Positions 15,909-25,110 of a stretch of 37,949 nt of DNA are shown piece after piece. The stretch spans positions 1 through 37,949 of the IMG/VR virus record IMGVR_UViG_3300020045_005087; one strand, 5' to 3'. This DNA is from a virus. Its lineage: Duplodnaviria > Caudoviricetes. A model generated the notes under the pieces. The model was not told where the DNA came from. It made no database searches and saw only the letters and a program-made list of their open reading frames with translations. The translations under genes were made by a program, and so were the position numbers. Within the stretch, counting starts at the first letter, position 1; each line of letters opens with the position of its first letter.

Positions 15909-17204
15909 TTAATTTAACCACGTACTTATTATATTACTTCTGTACTGTTTTACAAATTGGACAATGGCTTTTACGTCATCCTCGTCTTTTTTATCAGCTT
16001 GCTTTTTAGCATAATCCATCGACTCCTTTATTTTTGTTACTGATCCATCAAGCTTGATAATCGGGTTATCGACCGGAATATTTTCATTATATTCTGCCTC
16101 GTATTCTTCATCGGGATCCCAACGTCTCTTGCCGCGCTTAACTTCGCCACGCAAAGGCACACCACCTAATACAAAATCAGGTTCGCCACCTGTTATCCGT
16201 GCTGATATTACCGGGTTTTGCGTAGTCAATGCTACGCTTGCATTAACCTGTCCTTCATTTACAGCTAAAGCAATAATCGGGTTAGCTGTTGTTAGCGCTA
16301 AATTTGCATGTAATGTTTGAGATAGCCCGGACTCAATCGTCGGGTTAGTTGTTGTTATATTAAGTGATGCTGGTATTGTCTGACTTGCACCTATAGATAC
16401 AGTCGGGTTTACTGTTGTTAGCTGGATACCCGCTGTTTCATTAGCTGACCCTAAAAAGAAAAACTGGTTTCTTGGTTTTAGGAGTTGATAAGGATATATG
16501 CCTATTTCTTTTTCTTCATCGGCGCTTAATTGCCTACTATGCACATACGCGATATGTATCTCTCCTAAAAACCGGCCATAATAACTTGCGTTATTATTTG
16601 CATATGCGCCCAATCGTAAACTTAATGTTGTTCCAGCTACAGCGACACCATCCCCGGATGCTGTGGAAAAAAGCAACCCATCTAAAAATATATTATTTAT
16701 GGCCGGAGTAGATGCATAAGATATTACATGCGTTTTACTATTAAATAACTTATTTGTATAGTCACCTGATACGGTATTATTTGCAATTCCGGTTGCTCGG
16801 TTTATACCGACAATAGTAGAGTTTTCGACATAAAGCGCCCATCTCCCAACCAGCCCTGATGCTTCTGACTTAGAAATTAACGCCATCAACGAGCTTGTAT
16901 CTTTATTGCTCCAATCAGGACATCGACATACAACTGTTGCAGTTAGCCCGTTAGTATAATAATCGCAAATGTCCCCATAATTTACGCCTGGGTTTGTGCT
17001 TGTCCGGCTATTAAATAGATAGTCGTTGTCACGCTTTGTTATATCTGCCGTTAATGTCTCTGTGACATTTCCGACTAAATCTTTAGGCCCAAACCCACTA
17101 AGAAAAGTTAAGCCTCTCGTTAAATCATTATTCCAATTGACATCAACAGGACCAGACTGTTTTTTATCCTTAAATCTGCCCCATCTGGGTATAAAAATAG
17201 CCAC
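15909..17204 (-). CDS. Virion appendage protein: LamG/ConA-like domain, four ~21-aa Thr-rich repeats, charged C-terminal tail
   Basis: NIFLDG...LRLGA...FLGEIHIAYVHSRQLSADE is the LamG-like C-terminal pattern; repeats TTxNPxI/V. Confidence 0.65.
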   Translation of the reverse strand: MAIFIPRWGRFKDKKQSGPVDVNWNNDLTRGLTFLSGFGPKDLVGNVTETLTADITKRDNDYLFNSRTSTNPGVNYGDICDYYTNGLTATVVCRCPDWSNKDTSSLMALISKSEASGLVGRWALYVENSTIVGINRATGIANNTVSGDYTNKLFNSKTHVISYASTPAINNIFLDGLLFSTASGDGVAVAGTTLSLRLGAYANNNASYYGRFLGEIHIAYVHSRQLSADEEKEIGIYPYQLLKPRNQFFFLGSANETAGIQLTTVNPTVSIGASQTIPASLNITTTNPTIESGLSQTLHANLALTTANPIIALAVNEGQVNASVALTTQNPVISARITGGEPDFVLGGVPLRGEVKRGKRRWDPDEEYEAEYNENIPVDNPIIKLDGSVTKIKESMDYAKKQADKKDEDDVKAIVQFVKQYRSNIISTWLN

Positions 17205-17630
17205 TTAAGCTGCCCTTAGTTCTTCAACTCTGGCGGCAATAGTGACGTTTCGGCTTGCCGCTTGTGCACATATGCAACACAGCTTAAACTTAGTTGCTGT
17301 AGCTGGTACGTCAAAAGTCCTGCGAGCAGGGTCTTCTCCCGGCGTGTTAGCCGCTACGGTATCCAAAGTTCCAATATATTGAGCATGTTCGGCTGTGTCG
17401 TAATCGTCGCCACTATCTGCTAAGACATCACCCGTTGACCATCTGATACGCCAAACTGCTGTATCACCTGCCGCTGGAGTTCCTGCATTATCAGCACTAA
17501 CCTGTATTGCCATACTGACACAAGTTGCATCCAGTGTAAAAACATCTGATACAACCTCAGTTGCGCTTGTTACTGACAGCGTAGACGCTGACGACCAGGT
17601 TACTTGTGTGCTTACTCGTGTAATTGCCAT
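17205..17630 (-). CDS. Putative minor virion protein (beta-sandwich)
   Basis: 141 aa, Thr/Ala/Val-rich, abutting neighbours in the head module. Confidence 0.5.
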   Translation of the reverse strand: MAITRVSTQVTWSSASTLSVTSATEVVSDVFTLDATCVSMAIQVSADNAGTPAAGDTAVWRIRWSTGDVLADSGDDYDTAEHAQYIGTLDTVAANTPGEDPARRTFDVPATATKFKLCCICAQAASRNVTIAARVEELRAA

Positions 17631-18145
17631 TATTCACCTACCCTGATTAATCCAGCTTCCTGTACAGATACAATGCCTTCAAACGTCATTTTGGCCGGTA
17701 CTGCATCGCTTCCTGCTCCAGTTGCAAGTAGCTTTTCAGCTAGCGTTGTTGATCGCTTGCTAAGCGCTAATAGATGCGCACGATTGTTTTGTGCTTGAGC
17801 GCCTGAACCTGAAAAAATGTCGTTAAATGCTGTAATCACGTTAGCTTGTGACGGATTTACTTTGTTATCAACCCCAAACAGTTCTCGCCACGCGCTTAAC
17901 TCGCCTGGTGAGCGCTGGATAAATCCGCCTGTGCCCGACCATGAAAAGCTTGTACCTGTCGGGCTCACTTGATCTTGATATTCATCTTTATCAACAGACG
18001 TCCGCCATGCAATAAAACTTGGTGTAGGTATTGCATTGTAAAAATCAGCGATAATCTGGTCATCGCCGTTAGTAATAGCCAATTCTAAACTTGGCTGGGC
18101 TATCGCATCAGCATGTAAAATAATTCGTTGTGCTTGAGTTAGCAT
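17630..18145 (-). CDS. Putative minor virion protein
   Basis: 171 aa, translationally coupled within the portal-scaffold block. Confidence 0.5.
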   Translation of the reverse strand: MLTQAQRIILHADAIAQPSLELAITNGDDQIIADFYNAIPTPSFIAWRTSVDKDEYQDQVSPTGTSFSWSGTGGFIQRSPGELSAWRELFGVDNKVNPSQANVITAFNDIFSGSGAQAQNNRAHLLALSKRSTTLAEKLLATGAGSDAVPAKMTFEGIVSVQEAGLIRVGE

Positions 18146-18146
18146 A

Positions 18147-18521
18147 TTAAGCCTCGGTTATTGTGTAAGTATCTAACGATACTGGGATTGTTGTTGATAA
18201 AGTCAGATTTGACAAAATCAAATAAGCTCCAGACGTCCCGACTGTTAAATCATTGATAACAACAGTCGTGCCATCTGATAGCGTATGCCTGGCAATAGCC
18301 GCCGTGCCGTTAGCAAGTGGTGTTACAGGGTTAGTTGTTGGTGCGTTCATCGACATCGCCCCTGTGGATGATGCACCAAAAGCACTACCAGACCATGAAA
18401 ACTCTGCCAATTTGGTGCCATAGGCAGATGTATAAATTTGAAGCTTCGAACCTGTGCCAAGGTCGGTGTCAATGTCATCATTCCTTGTTGTTCTTAAGCT
18501 ATCTCGTAATGTAAAGGCCAT
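18147..18521 (-). CDS. Small beta-rich structural protein (fibre/stalk subunit-like)
   Basis: KLQIYT...LAEF...AFG...GTAAIAR...DGTTVV..LTVGTSG pattern seen in phage fibre-associated small proteins. Confidence 0.55.
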   Translation of the reverse strand: MAFTLRDSLRTTRNDDIDTDLGTGSKLQIYTSAYGTKLAEFSWSGSAFGASSTGAMSMNAPTTNPVTPLANGTAAIARHTLSDGTTVVINDLTVGTSGAYLILSNLTLSTTIPVSLDTYTITEA

Positions 18522-18532
18522 TATGTATCTCT

Positions 18533-20776
18533 CTAATTAATTTGTATGACTCGGCCATCTGGCAAAGTGACTTTTTGTGGTTGTTTCAGGTATTCGATAA
18601 GCTTGTCAATCTTGTCGGGTTGTTCTTGCTCTGGCTCTGCCATGGTTTCATCCTGAATAGCTTCCTGCGGCTGCTCGATAGGCTGTTCTTGATTATCCAT
18701 GGGCGCTTGCTCTTGAGGCATAGGCTGCTCTGGCTCTGGCTGTGGCTGCATGGAATGGATAGTTTTAAGTATCTCAAGCTCTCTACGATGTTCAGCGTCT
18801 GCCATGTCTGAAACATGTCGCTCTATTTCCATTGTTGACGGTTCTATCCCAGGCTGAGTTCCTGCCTCGATCTTGGCTATCTCTGCCATGCGGGCTGTCT
18901 CGGCTTTAAACCACTCAATTTCTATTTTCTTTAGGTCTATTTCCGTCTTGTCTTCAAGGTCTTTGATATGAGCTCCCATGGCTTCCATCTGGCCTGCCAT
19001 TTGTTCCAGCTGCACGTTAAGCTGTTCGGCTTCCGGGTTAGGCTTATCGTCTTTTTCTTGCAACGGTGGCGGGAGCATCTTTTTAAGGCGCTCTGCAACC
19101 TTGTCGGCACCGGAAATATCCAGGGCAGACACAAGCAGATCACCAGCAATAGGCATAATATCAGGGTAAGTGCGTATTAATTCGCCAATGGCTTCGGCTG
19201 ATTCCTGGCGCTTGGTAGCATAGTTAGGCCCAACGTCGCAAACAACATCATAACGACCAACGCTCAAGTTATAAATTCGTTTAATCTCTCCGGCTTCGTC
19301 CTGAGTTTCGGTCATTGCCTCTGGCTGATCAGGGTCGATTTGGACGTGCGACACTTCGTCATCTTCGCCCAGGATGCGCATTACCTGAGCTTCGGTGTAA
19401 ATTTTAGGAATCCATTCGACAAGTACACGACCGCAATGAGCTATTGTTAAAGCCTGGTTTGCGCTGTAATGATATGTGCCCTGGCTCGCCTGCTTTTGTA
19501 GCGACAAGACTGCCTTGCCAGATTGATTATTCGGGCTGTCACCCATCGCCGCATCATAGATACCTAGACTGGCCTGGATGTCTGCTGCTGCTGCTTCTTT
19601 TGCCGCTATCCAGCCGGTTGACTGCGACACCAACTGTTGCCGCTCCGGCCTGGGTAATTGTTGTCCGGTTGACGCGCTTATGGAGTTATAAGGCAACACA
19701 GCAAGCGGCTTTTTATTAGCCTGGGCATATAGATTTTCGTAGCCTGCAATCGCTTCAACATCTGCCAAGAATGGCGCTAATGGTGATAATGCCAATAGTT
19801 CGGCTTCGCTTGATACCGCAAAGTTATAAAGCTGCGATGGACTACGACCATGGCGCGTAAGTCCAAAAGTCTTTTTCTTGCCGTCCGCATAATAGACATT
19901 GCCGATCATGGGAAACATTGGTATCCAGCTTATTGGCAGTTCAGTTTCATCTAAAATAGCGTGCCCTCCAACTTTTACCCATCTCACTGTCTTACGTGTT
20001 GTTTTACGCTGATCAACAATATTATCCTGCTCTGTTGCTTCATCTAAATAGATTGTGCGCCCATCTTGCGTCTGACAAAGCATAGCCTGAGATTCTTTGA
20101 TTTCTTGATATTCAGCGACTAAAACAGTCTGCTTACCTACCCACCCATCCTCAGACATCCCATTTTCAAGCACGTCCCATCCTATAGCGTCTTTACCATA
20201 TTGCTTTTCAAAAACATCCTTATCCATTTCCTCTACAATCATAGCCCAATTCATGTCTGAACCATCCAATTCTTTAAATGGGCCAGTGCGAACTGTAGCA
20301 ATATCTGGGATTGACTTAATAATAAGTTCTTGTTGCCATGCGTCGTCTGCAACATAACGCGGCAATACTCTGAACCATCCTACCCCCCCGTCAACTGCAT
20401 TCTGAGCTGCAACGTCGTAAGCCTGGCTTGCCTTGGAAATAGCTTGTATGTTGCGAATAACGCCTTGTAATATCTCGGCTGTCTCTTTGTCTGCCTTGTC
20501 ATCGCATGGCCTGCATTTAATACCGGGCCGGTTCTGTCGCATCTCATTAACGACCTGATTGTTGTAAGCCAGTTGTCGATTAACAGTCAGTAGCGGACGT
20601 TCGCTGCCTACCTGCTGCCTGGCGTTGATAGCCGCGTCATCCCATTGCGCCTTCCCACCCTCGCGTACAAACTTAATATCACTTTGCATCATAGCGATTT
20701 CTTCGCTATTAACCGTGTTTGATTCGTCAAAGCGTTTCTTTATGCGCTCAAGTAATTCTGTGTCGTCTTTTTTCAT
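18533..20776 (-). CDS. Portal protein, P22 gp1 family
   Basis: 747 aa after terL; QWD, RPLLTVN, GVGWFRV, SGKAV...Q, GRYDVVCDVGPNYATKRQE; C-terminal coiled coil and Q/E/P-rich tail. Confidence 0.92.
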   Translation of the reverse strand: MKKDDTELLERIKKRFDESNTVNSEEIAMMQSDIKFVREGGKAQWDDAAINARQQVGSERPLLTVNRQLAYNNQVVNEMRQNRPGIKCRPCDDKADKETAEILQGVIRNIQAISKASQAYDVAAQNAVDGGVGWFRVLPRYVADDAWQQELIIKSIPDIATVRTGPFKELDGSDMNWAMIVEEMDKDVFEKQYGKDAIGWDVLENGMSEDGWVGKQTVLVAEYQEIKESQAMLCQTQDGRTIYLDEATEQDNIVDQRKTTRKTVRWVKVGGHAILDETELPISWIPMFPMIGNVYYADGKKKTFGLTRHGRSPSQLYNFAVSSEAELLALSPLAPFLADVEAIAGYENLYAQANKKPLAVLPYNSISASTGQQLPRPERQQLVSQSTGWIAAKEAAAADIQASLGIYDAAMGDSPNNQSGKAVLSLQKQASQGTYHYSANQALTIAHCGRVLVEWIPKIYTEAQVMRILGEDDEVSHVQIDPDQPEAMTETQDEAGEIKRIYNLSVGRYDVVCDVGPNYATKRQESAEAIGELIRTYPDIMPIAGDLLVSALDISGADKVAERLKKMLPPPLQEKDDKPNPEAEQLNVQLEQMAGQMEAMGAHIKDLEDKTEIDLKKIEIEWFKAETARMAEIAKIEAGTQPGIEPSTMEIERHVSDMADAEHRRELEILKTIHSMQPQPEPEQPMPQEQAPMDNQEQPIEQPQEAIQDETMAEPEQEQPDKIDKLIEYLKQPQKVTLPDGRVIQIN

Positions 20777-20928
20777 TCGTTAGGCTCTTTAATTATGGCT
20801 ATCCGCATCGATGGAACTTCCAGATAAGCAACAACAGGACAACCAAACTCATCAGTGACAATACTATAAGCGTCTGCCTGTTTTAAAATTTGTATCATCT
20901 CTTCAACAGTTTGCGATTCTTTTTCCAT
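20773..20928 (-). CDS. 51-aa hypothetical protein (below cutoff) MEKESQTVEEM...IIKEPNE
   Basis: TAATG overlap with terL stop and ATGA overlap with portal start. Confidence 0.65.
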   Translation of the reverse strand: MEKESQTVEEMIQILKQADAYSIVTDEFGCPVVAYLEVPSMRIAIIKEPNE

Positions 20929-22331
20929 TAGGCCATCCAGCTAGATTCGCCAAAATAGTTTGTGGCGCGTGGTATTACAATTGGTTCAAGTCGTTTGCGA
21001 GCGTGGTCAGGTAATACGGCCATCAGGAAAGCATCAGCCATATTCGGGCTTGGTACGCCACGCTTTGCCATGTCTTCTTTGCTCTCTACTTTCATGCGGC
21101 CTGCTCCGTCATACGATTTAATTGGGGTGCTAAGCTCGTCTATCAGCGCTTCCAAGTTTGGTATGCTTGAGTCAACAAAGATAAGCTCGTCGTCTGCTAT
21201 CGCTTCACCAAGTTTTATAGAATTATATGTATTTCTAAACCTATCGGCCAATCCCCACCAATCCTGCGCCTTGACGTTAGCAAAATAATCCTTGTTCTTT
21301 ATGCCTGATTTTGCGTATTGAGCATCAGGCCATCTTACAGCGCCTCCAGCAACGTATTTTGTGGCTTCGATCTTGGTTGACCTAATCTCGTTTATTTCAG
21401 TAATCTTAGCACCAATGCCAGCACCAACGCCGATGCTATCATAAACTATTCGGCTATTATCAACGCATGCCGTATTGTATGCCCGTTTTGCTGAAATAAG
21501 TAATTCATTTTCTTTGCCCTTCCACAAGTCCAATCCATAAACCAAACTACCATGTGCAAGCACTGTGCAACAGGCGTCATGCCCAGCGTCTGCAACATCG
21601 AATCCTAAGCGCCGTTCTCCAGTCACCTCGATGCCGAGTTTTATGTGTGCGTCAATCGATGCCCTAATCCATTCGCTTTTGATGATGGCGTTTTCTGAAT
21701 CAGCTAACGGCTCCCCGAGATAAACGTGATTAAATACCGCGTCATCAGCCTTTGCTGGCTCGATAACCATGCGCAAATAATCAGCATCGAGAAATGGGTT
21801 TTCATCATAGTTTATCTTGCGCACGCAAGAAAAAGGCATTGGATTGACAACAAAGCGCTGATAAGCAAACGACTGGCGTTCTTTTGGATTAAAAACCACG
21901 ATGAAGAAAAACCCTGGCTTCCTAAACGTTGGGTCTAGGACTTCAAATTGCTCTTGCGTTAAATCACCAGCTTCTTCGAGCAGTACTATATCAACACCCT
22001 CTAGTGATCGCACCTCATCTATGTTTCGCCATAGGCCATAGAAGCTTATTTCAGCACCTGCGGTGCTAGTGATGACTTTTGACTGGATGTCGAATTTATC
22101 AGATAAGCCAAAACGCTGTATTTGGCTCTTAAGAAGTGCATAGATTGAATCGCCGGTGCGGTTCAGAAACTGCCTGCAACAGACAATACGAATAGGATAA
22201 TGAGCGGCTATGTTGGCAAGATACCCGGCTGCGTCCCAACTTTTGGAGCTCGCCCTTCCTCCGAAAAGGACTTTATACCTTGCTTTTGTTTCCCAAAGTC
22301 CGCGCAGAGCTGGATTAAGTGTTGCCTTCAT
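20928..22331 (-). CDS. terL: Terminase large subunit (PBSX-like family)
   Basis: Walker A GGRASSKS, Walker B LLEEA, FNP, nuclease motifs GFDVAD and SPNMADA. Confidence 0.95.
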   Translation of the reverse strand: MKATLNPALRGLWETKARYKVLFGGRASSKSWDAAGYLANIAAHYPIRIVCCRQFLNRTGDSIYALLKSQIQRFGLSDKFDIQSKVITSTAGAEISFYGLWRNIDEVRSLEGVDIVLLEEAGDLTQEQFEVLDPTFRKPGFFFIVVFNPKERQSFAYQRFVVNPMPFSCVRKINYDENPFLDADYLRMVIEPAKADDAVFNHVYLGEPLADSENAIIKSEWIRASIDAHIKLGIEVTGERRLGFDVADAGHDACCTVLAHGSLVYGLDLWKGKENELLISAKRAYNTACVDNSRIVYDSIGVGAGIGAKITEINEIRSTKIEATKYVAGGAVRWPDAQYAKSGIKNKDYFANVKAQDWWGLADRFRNTYNSIKLGEAIADDELIFVDSSIPNLEALIDELSTPIKSYDGAGRMKVESKEDMAKRGVPSPNMADAFLMAVLPDHARKRLEPIVIPRATNYFGESSWMA

Positions 22332-22651
22332 CAGTCATCGTCTGGATACTCAATATCAGGCTCAGGCAATCTTTCTAGTTGCTGTGGCGGATAAAGCATA
22401 TCCATATTAAACTGTGACACTGACACGCCGCCTTCGATTTTAGCGTTAATGTCTTTCGGAAGTATCCTGCCAACAAGCGTCATAAAAGGCCCTGGGTTTT
22501 CAATAGCCTGGATTTTTAGGTATTCTTCGCCGCCAACACCAATCAACGCCGCCTCGATCATTTCTTTAATTGACCGAGTTGCTTTATTTGTTGAGCCTGC
22601 TGGTCTTCCTTTCCCTCTTTTTGTTAAATTTTCAGGCATTGCCCTTGGCAT
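22331..22651 (-). CDS. terS: Terminase small subunit
   Basis: GRPAGSTNK.T..IKEMI..AL...GGEEYL...NP..FMTLVGRILP; directly upstream of terL. Confidence 0.8.
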   Translation of the reverse strand: MPRAMPENLTKRGKGRPAGSTNKATRSIKEMIEAALIGVGGEEYLKIQAIENPGPFMTLVGRILPKDINAKIEGGVSVSQFNMDMLYPPQQLERLPEPDIEYPDDD

Positions 22652-22666
22652 TTTGTGACCTCTAGT

Positions 22667-22689
22667 TAATTAAACAGTGTTTAATTATA
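22667..22689 (-). promoter_or_regulatory. Palindrome overlapping a TATAAT upstream of terS (candidate late promoter/operator)
   Basis: TAATTAAACA-G-TGTTTAATTA perfect 10-bp inverted repeat (22667-22687); minus-strand TATAAT at 22689-22684; no good -35. Confidence 0.45.
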
Positions 22690-22796
22690 TCTCTGACCTT
22701 TCTCGTTGCGGTAATGCCTAAAAAGCCAACCCTCAGCTCCTGTTTTTATTCTGAAGCCATGCCGCCAGCTTCTCAAGCACGAAGTCATTAAACTCA

Positions 22797-23006
22797 TTAT
22801 TTCTCGCATCTTGCAAGTATCTCTTCACGCGCCTGACGAGCCACCGAGTTGTTGACTGACACGAACTGCGGGATAAGCCTATCAAGGATTCCCAGTATTG
22901 CTTGCCGTTCATTGTGAGCCCCTTCAACATAAGCCGCATCCATTAATCTCTGTGTTTCGTCATCCGTGCTGCAACCCAGCATCCACGCCAAAATTGGTTT
23001 AATCAT
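22797..23006 (-). CDS. Hypothetical protein at the end of the lysis cassette (weak lipobox-like MLGC)
   Basis: GGAG RBS, overlap with upstream gene. Confidence 0.5.
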   Translation of the reverse strand: MIKPILAWMLGCSTDDETQRLMDAAYVEGAHNERQAILGILDRLIPQFVSVNNSVARQAREEILARCEK

Positions 23007-23355
23007 GTCTCAACTCCTTCGTGTTATGCTCAACTTGTTCTTGCGTATTGCGCATAATCTTTTCGTGTTGCTCATCGGTCTTGTTTTGATACGCCCAGAA
23101 CGCCCCGGACAGCGTAGTTATCAGCCCAAAGCCGATAAGGATTGTCTTAATTCCAGTATCAATCCTGGTCGCCAGCTCATGAAGGCTAAGTGACACCGCG
23201 TTGACAGATGACACCAGGTCACTAAACTTTGTGTCGTACTTACACACGTCAGACTCTAGTCGAGCCAATCTCGACAGCATTTCAGGCAGCCTGCGCCGCT
23301 CTTGAAACAATTCTGCTGACTCTGCATCGTCAGTATGTCTAGGCGGCACCACCAA
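22999..23355 (-). CDS. Coiled-coil plus single-TM membrane protein (lysis-associated)
   Basis: RLARLE coiled coil then TILIGFGLITTLSGAFWAY. Confidence 0.55.
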   Translation of the reverse strand: MVVPPRHTDDAESAELFQERRRLPEMLSRLARLESDVCKYDTKFSDLVSSVNAVSLSLHELATRIDTGIKTILIGFGLITTLSGAFWAYQNKTDEQHEKIMRNTQEQVEHNTKELRHD

Positions 23356-23809
23356 ACCTTCCTGTCCGCATTTGTTGTGCTAGCTCTACCGCACGGCTTT
23401 TGACTTGTGCAGCCCATTTTGATTCAATCATAGCGTCCCCGGCATTGTCGAAGTCACCGTGCTCGATAAGTCCGAGCGTGCGCTTAAACTTCATAAGCCC
23501 AGGGATCCCAAGATTAAAAGCCATGTTAATAAGTACTGCCTGCCTAGCCTCATTAAGCCGAATAATCCATGGGATACGTTGATAAAGCTCTTTAGTATCA
23601 TTAGCCACTATCGATTTCAATAGCTGCTCTGCTCTAACGTAAGATATTCCAAGATTCCTTAACGCAATGATTTCATTGTTAGCCAGTCTAAGCGGGTTAG
23701 CAGACATATTGTACCCGAAACCAATTGTCTCTTTGCCCTCTGTGCAATGGTAAACGTTAGGTTCATAACCTTCATGCCGTTTTAGTTGGTTAATTCCTTC
23801 TGGACTCAT
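23339..23809 (-). CDS. Endolysin, T4-lysozyme-like (GH24)
   Basis: HEG-x7-C-x5-TIGFG (E-8x-D/C-5x-T), LINMAFNLG, SKWAAQVKSRA. Confidence 0.9.
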   Translation of the reverse strand: MSPEGINQLKRHEGYEPNVYHCTEGKETIGFGYNMSANPLRLANNEIIALRNLGISYVRAEQLLKSIVANDTKELYQRIPWIIRLNEARQAVLINMAFNLGIPGLMKFKRTLGLIEHGDFDNAGDAMIESKWAAQVKSRAVELAQQMRTGRFGGAA

Positions 23810-24066
23810 AGCCCAATTTTTTCACTGGTCGCAGTTGTCAGGTAAATATTAACCGTGCCAAGCAACCCGGCTGCTGCCTGAATAACTTCAGGGGTTAAAA
23901 ACGACCCCAATCCTGGCACGAATGTGGCTGCAATTCCTGTTCCGGCTGCAATTAGATTCACATAATTTTGAAACTTCTTCCATCCCCCTGGGTTAGCCAA
24001 TTCCTGCCCAGCTTTTAACGCGTCTATGATATACATAATGCCTCTTTTGTCAGTTTCTTCGTTCAT
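23806..24066 (-). CDS. Putative holin
   Basis: 86 aa, two hydrophobic segments, ATGA-coupled to the endolysin. Confidence 0.55.
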   Translation of the reverse strand: MNEETDKRGIMYIIDALKAGQELANPGGWKKFQNYVNLIAAGTGIAATFVPGLGSFLTPEVIQAAAGLLGTVNIYLTTATSEKIGL

Positions 24067-24305
24067 TCCAAGCCCAGTTTTTTCAAAAGCTTCAAAAATT
24101 TACGTGGTGCTAAATGAAGCATAATACTAAACAACTCTTTATGCAATATAGCCGTCTTATAATCTATTTCATGCAGGGTTTTTTTAACGTTAAGCTCAGC
24201 CCTTTCCGCATCTTTGAATGCCACGCGAATCTGATTCTGAAACACTGAAAGCATGTGCATATCATAGCTGATAGCACCTAAAATAATTTCTACACGTTGC
24301 ATCAA
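24063..24305 (-). CDS. Hypothetical protein
   Basis: Overlap coupling at both ends. Confidence 0.55.
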   Translation of the reverse strand: MMQRVEIILGAISYDMHMLSVFQNQIRVAFKDAERAELNVKKTLHEIDYKTAILHKELFSIMLHLAPRKFLKLLKKLGLE

Positions 24306-24427
24306 AACTGCTCCAGTGTTGTTTGATCGCCAATCGCCATCGCAATAGCCACGGCTAGAGTGGTAATGCCGTATAAAAATATGGCAAATATCACCGTTAG
24401 CCTTATCATTTCAGTAATTGTTCTCAT
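24302..24427 (-). CDS. 41-aa single-TM protein (start MRTITEM)
   Basis: GGAAGGTGG RBS before ATG 24427; hydrophobic core. Confidence 0.5.
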   Translation of the reverse strand: MRTITEMIRLTVIFAIFLYGITTLAVAIAMAIGDQTTLEQF

Positions 24428-24443
24428 CAATCCACCTTCCCAA

Positions 24444-24509
24444 TTAACAAAATATTTTACCTGGGCATTTTGCAGGCTTACCCGCTTTAACATTGCTTTT
24501 GACTTTCAT
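24444..24509 (-). CDS. 21-aa peptide MKVKSNVKAGKPAKCPGKIFC (below cutoff)
   Basis: AAGGTG RBS 7 nt before ATG; fits in the gap without overlap. Confidence 0.5.
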   Translation of the reverse strand: MKVKSNVKAGKPAKCPGKIFC

Positions 24510-24545
24510 AATTTTACACCTTTATTCAATTTAATTAAAAATAGT

Positions 24546-24935
24546 TTAAATTAACCCCTGCCAGTTATTTTTTGGCCACTGTATAGACTCATAATCGGCT
24601 TTAACGTGTATTTTTTGCGTTTTAGGCTTATTTTTACGCGCACTGCTAGCCTTGCTCGCATAATCTTTTTTCAAGCCTTCACGATCGAATTTACCGCAAA
24701 GAAATTGACGCATAAGATTTCCAATTGGTTTTTTAGCTGCTTTTTTAATACGCCACTCTGAAATCCACTCCATCACCTGAGTGCGATCATAAAACCTTGT
24801 TTTACCCGTAACGCCACCGATTCGTATTGGTGCCGGGAAATGATTCTGCTCTTTATTAGCAAGTAAGCAAAATTGACTTTCTTTCATGCCAATAATCGCC
24901 GTTATTTGTTGTGTTGATAGTTCTTTAGTTGCCAT
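24546..24935 (-). CDS. AlpA/excisionase-like winged-helix protein with basic C-terminal extension
   Basis: LSTQQITAIIGM......L......FPAPIRIG......YDRTQVMEWI. Confidence 0.65.
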   Translation of the reverse strand: MATKELSTQQITAIIGMKESQFCLLANKEQNHFPAPIRIGGVTGKTRFYDRTQVMEWISEWRIKKAAKKPIGNLMRQFLCGKFDREGLKKDYASKASSARKNKPKTQKIHVKADYESIQWPKNNWQGLI

Positions 24936-25110
24936 TGTTACCCCCAATATCATCAATAATAGCCTGAAGCCTTAAAATCTCCCTAGCCGCTGCCTTTTTC
25001 AAAGCTTGAATAGTTATAACGTCCTGCCTCTCTTGTGAGTTTTCGGGCTGTAAATAAAACCTTTCTGGCCATTCGCTCATCAATTCAGCAATTAATTTAG
25101 CCTGACTCAT
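24925..25110 (-). CDS. Hypothetical protein
   Basis: ATGA-coupled to the upstream ORF. Confidence 0.5.
   Translation of the reverse strand: MSQAKLIAELMSEWPERFYLQPENSQERQDVITIQALKKAAAREILRLQAIIDDIGGNNGN

Noticed and set aside
22797-23355. Rz/Rz1 spanin pair
   Set aside because: The TM segment of 22999-23355 is C-proximal rather than N-terminal and the lipobox of 22797-23006 is atypical; not supportable
23339-23809. Endolysin inactivated by Asp-to-Cys at the second catalytic position
   Set aside because: Cys at this position is a known functional variant of the E-8x-D/C-5x-T motif (e.g. P1 Lyz)
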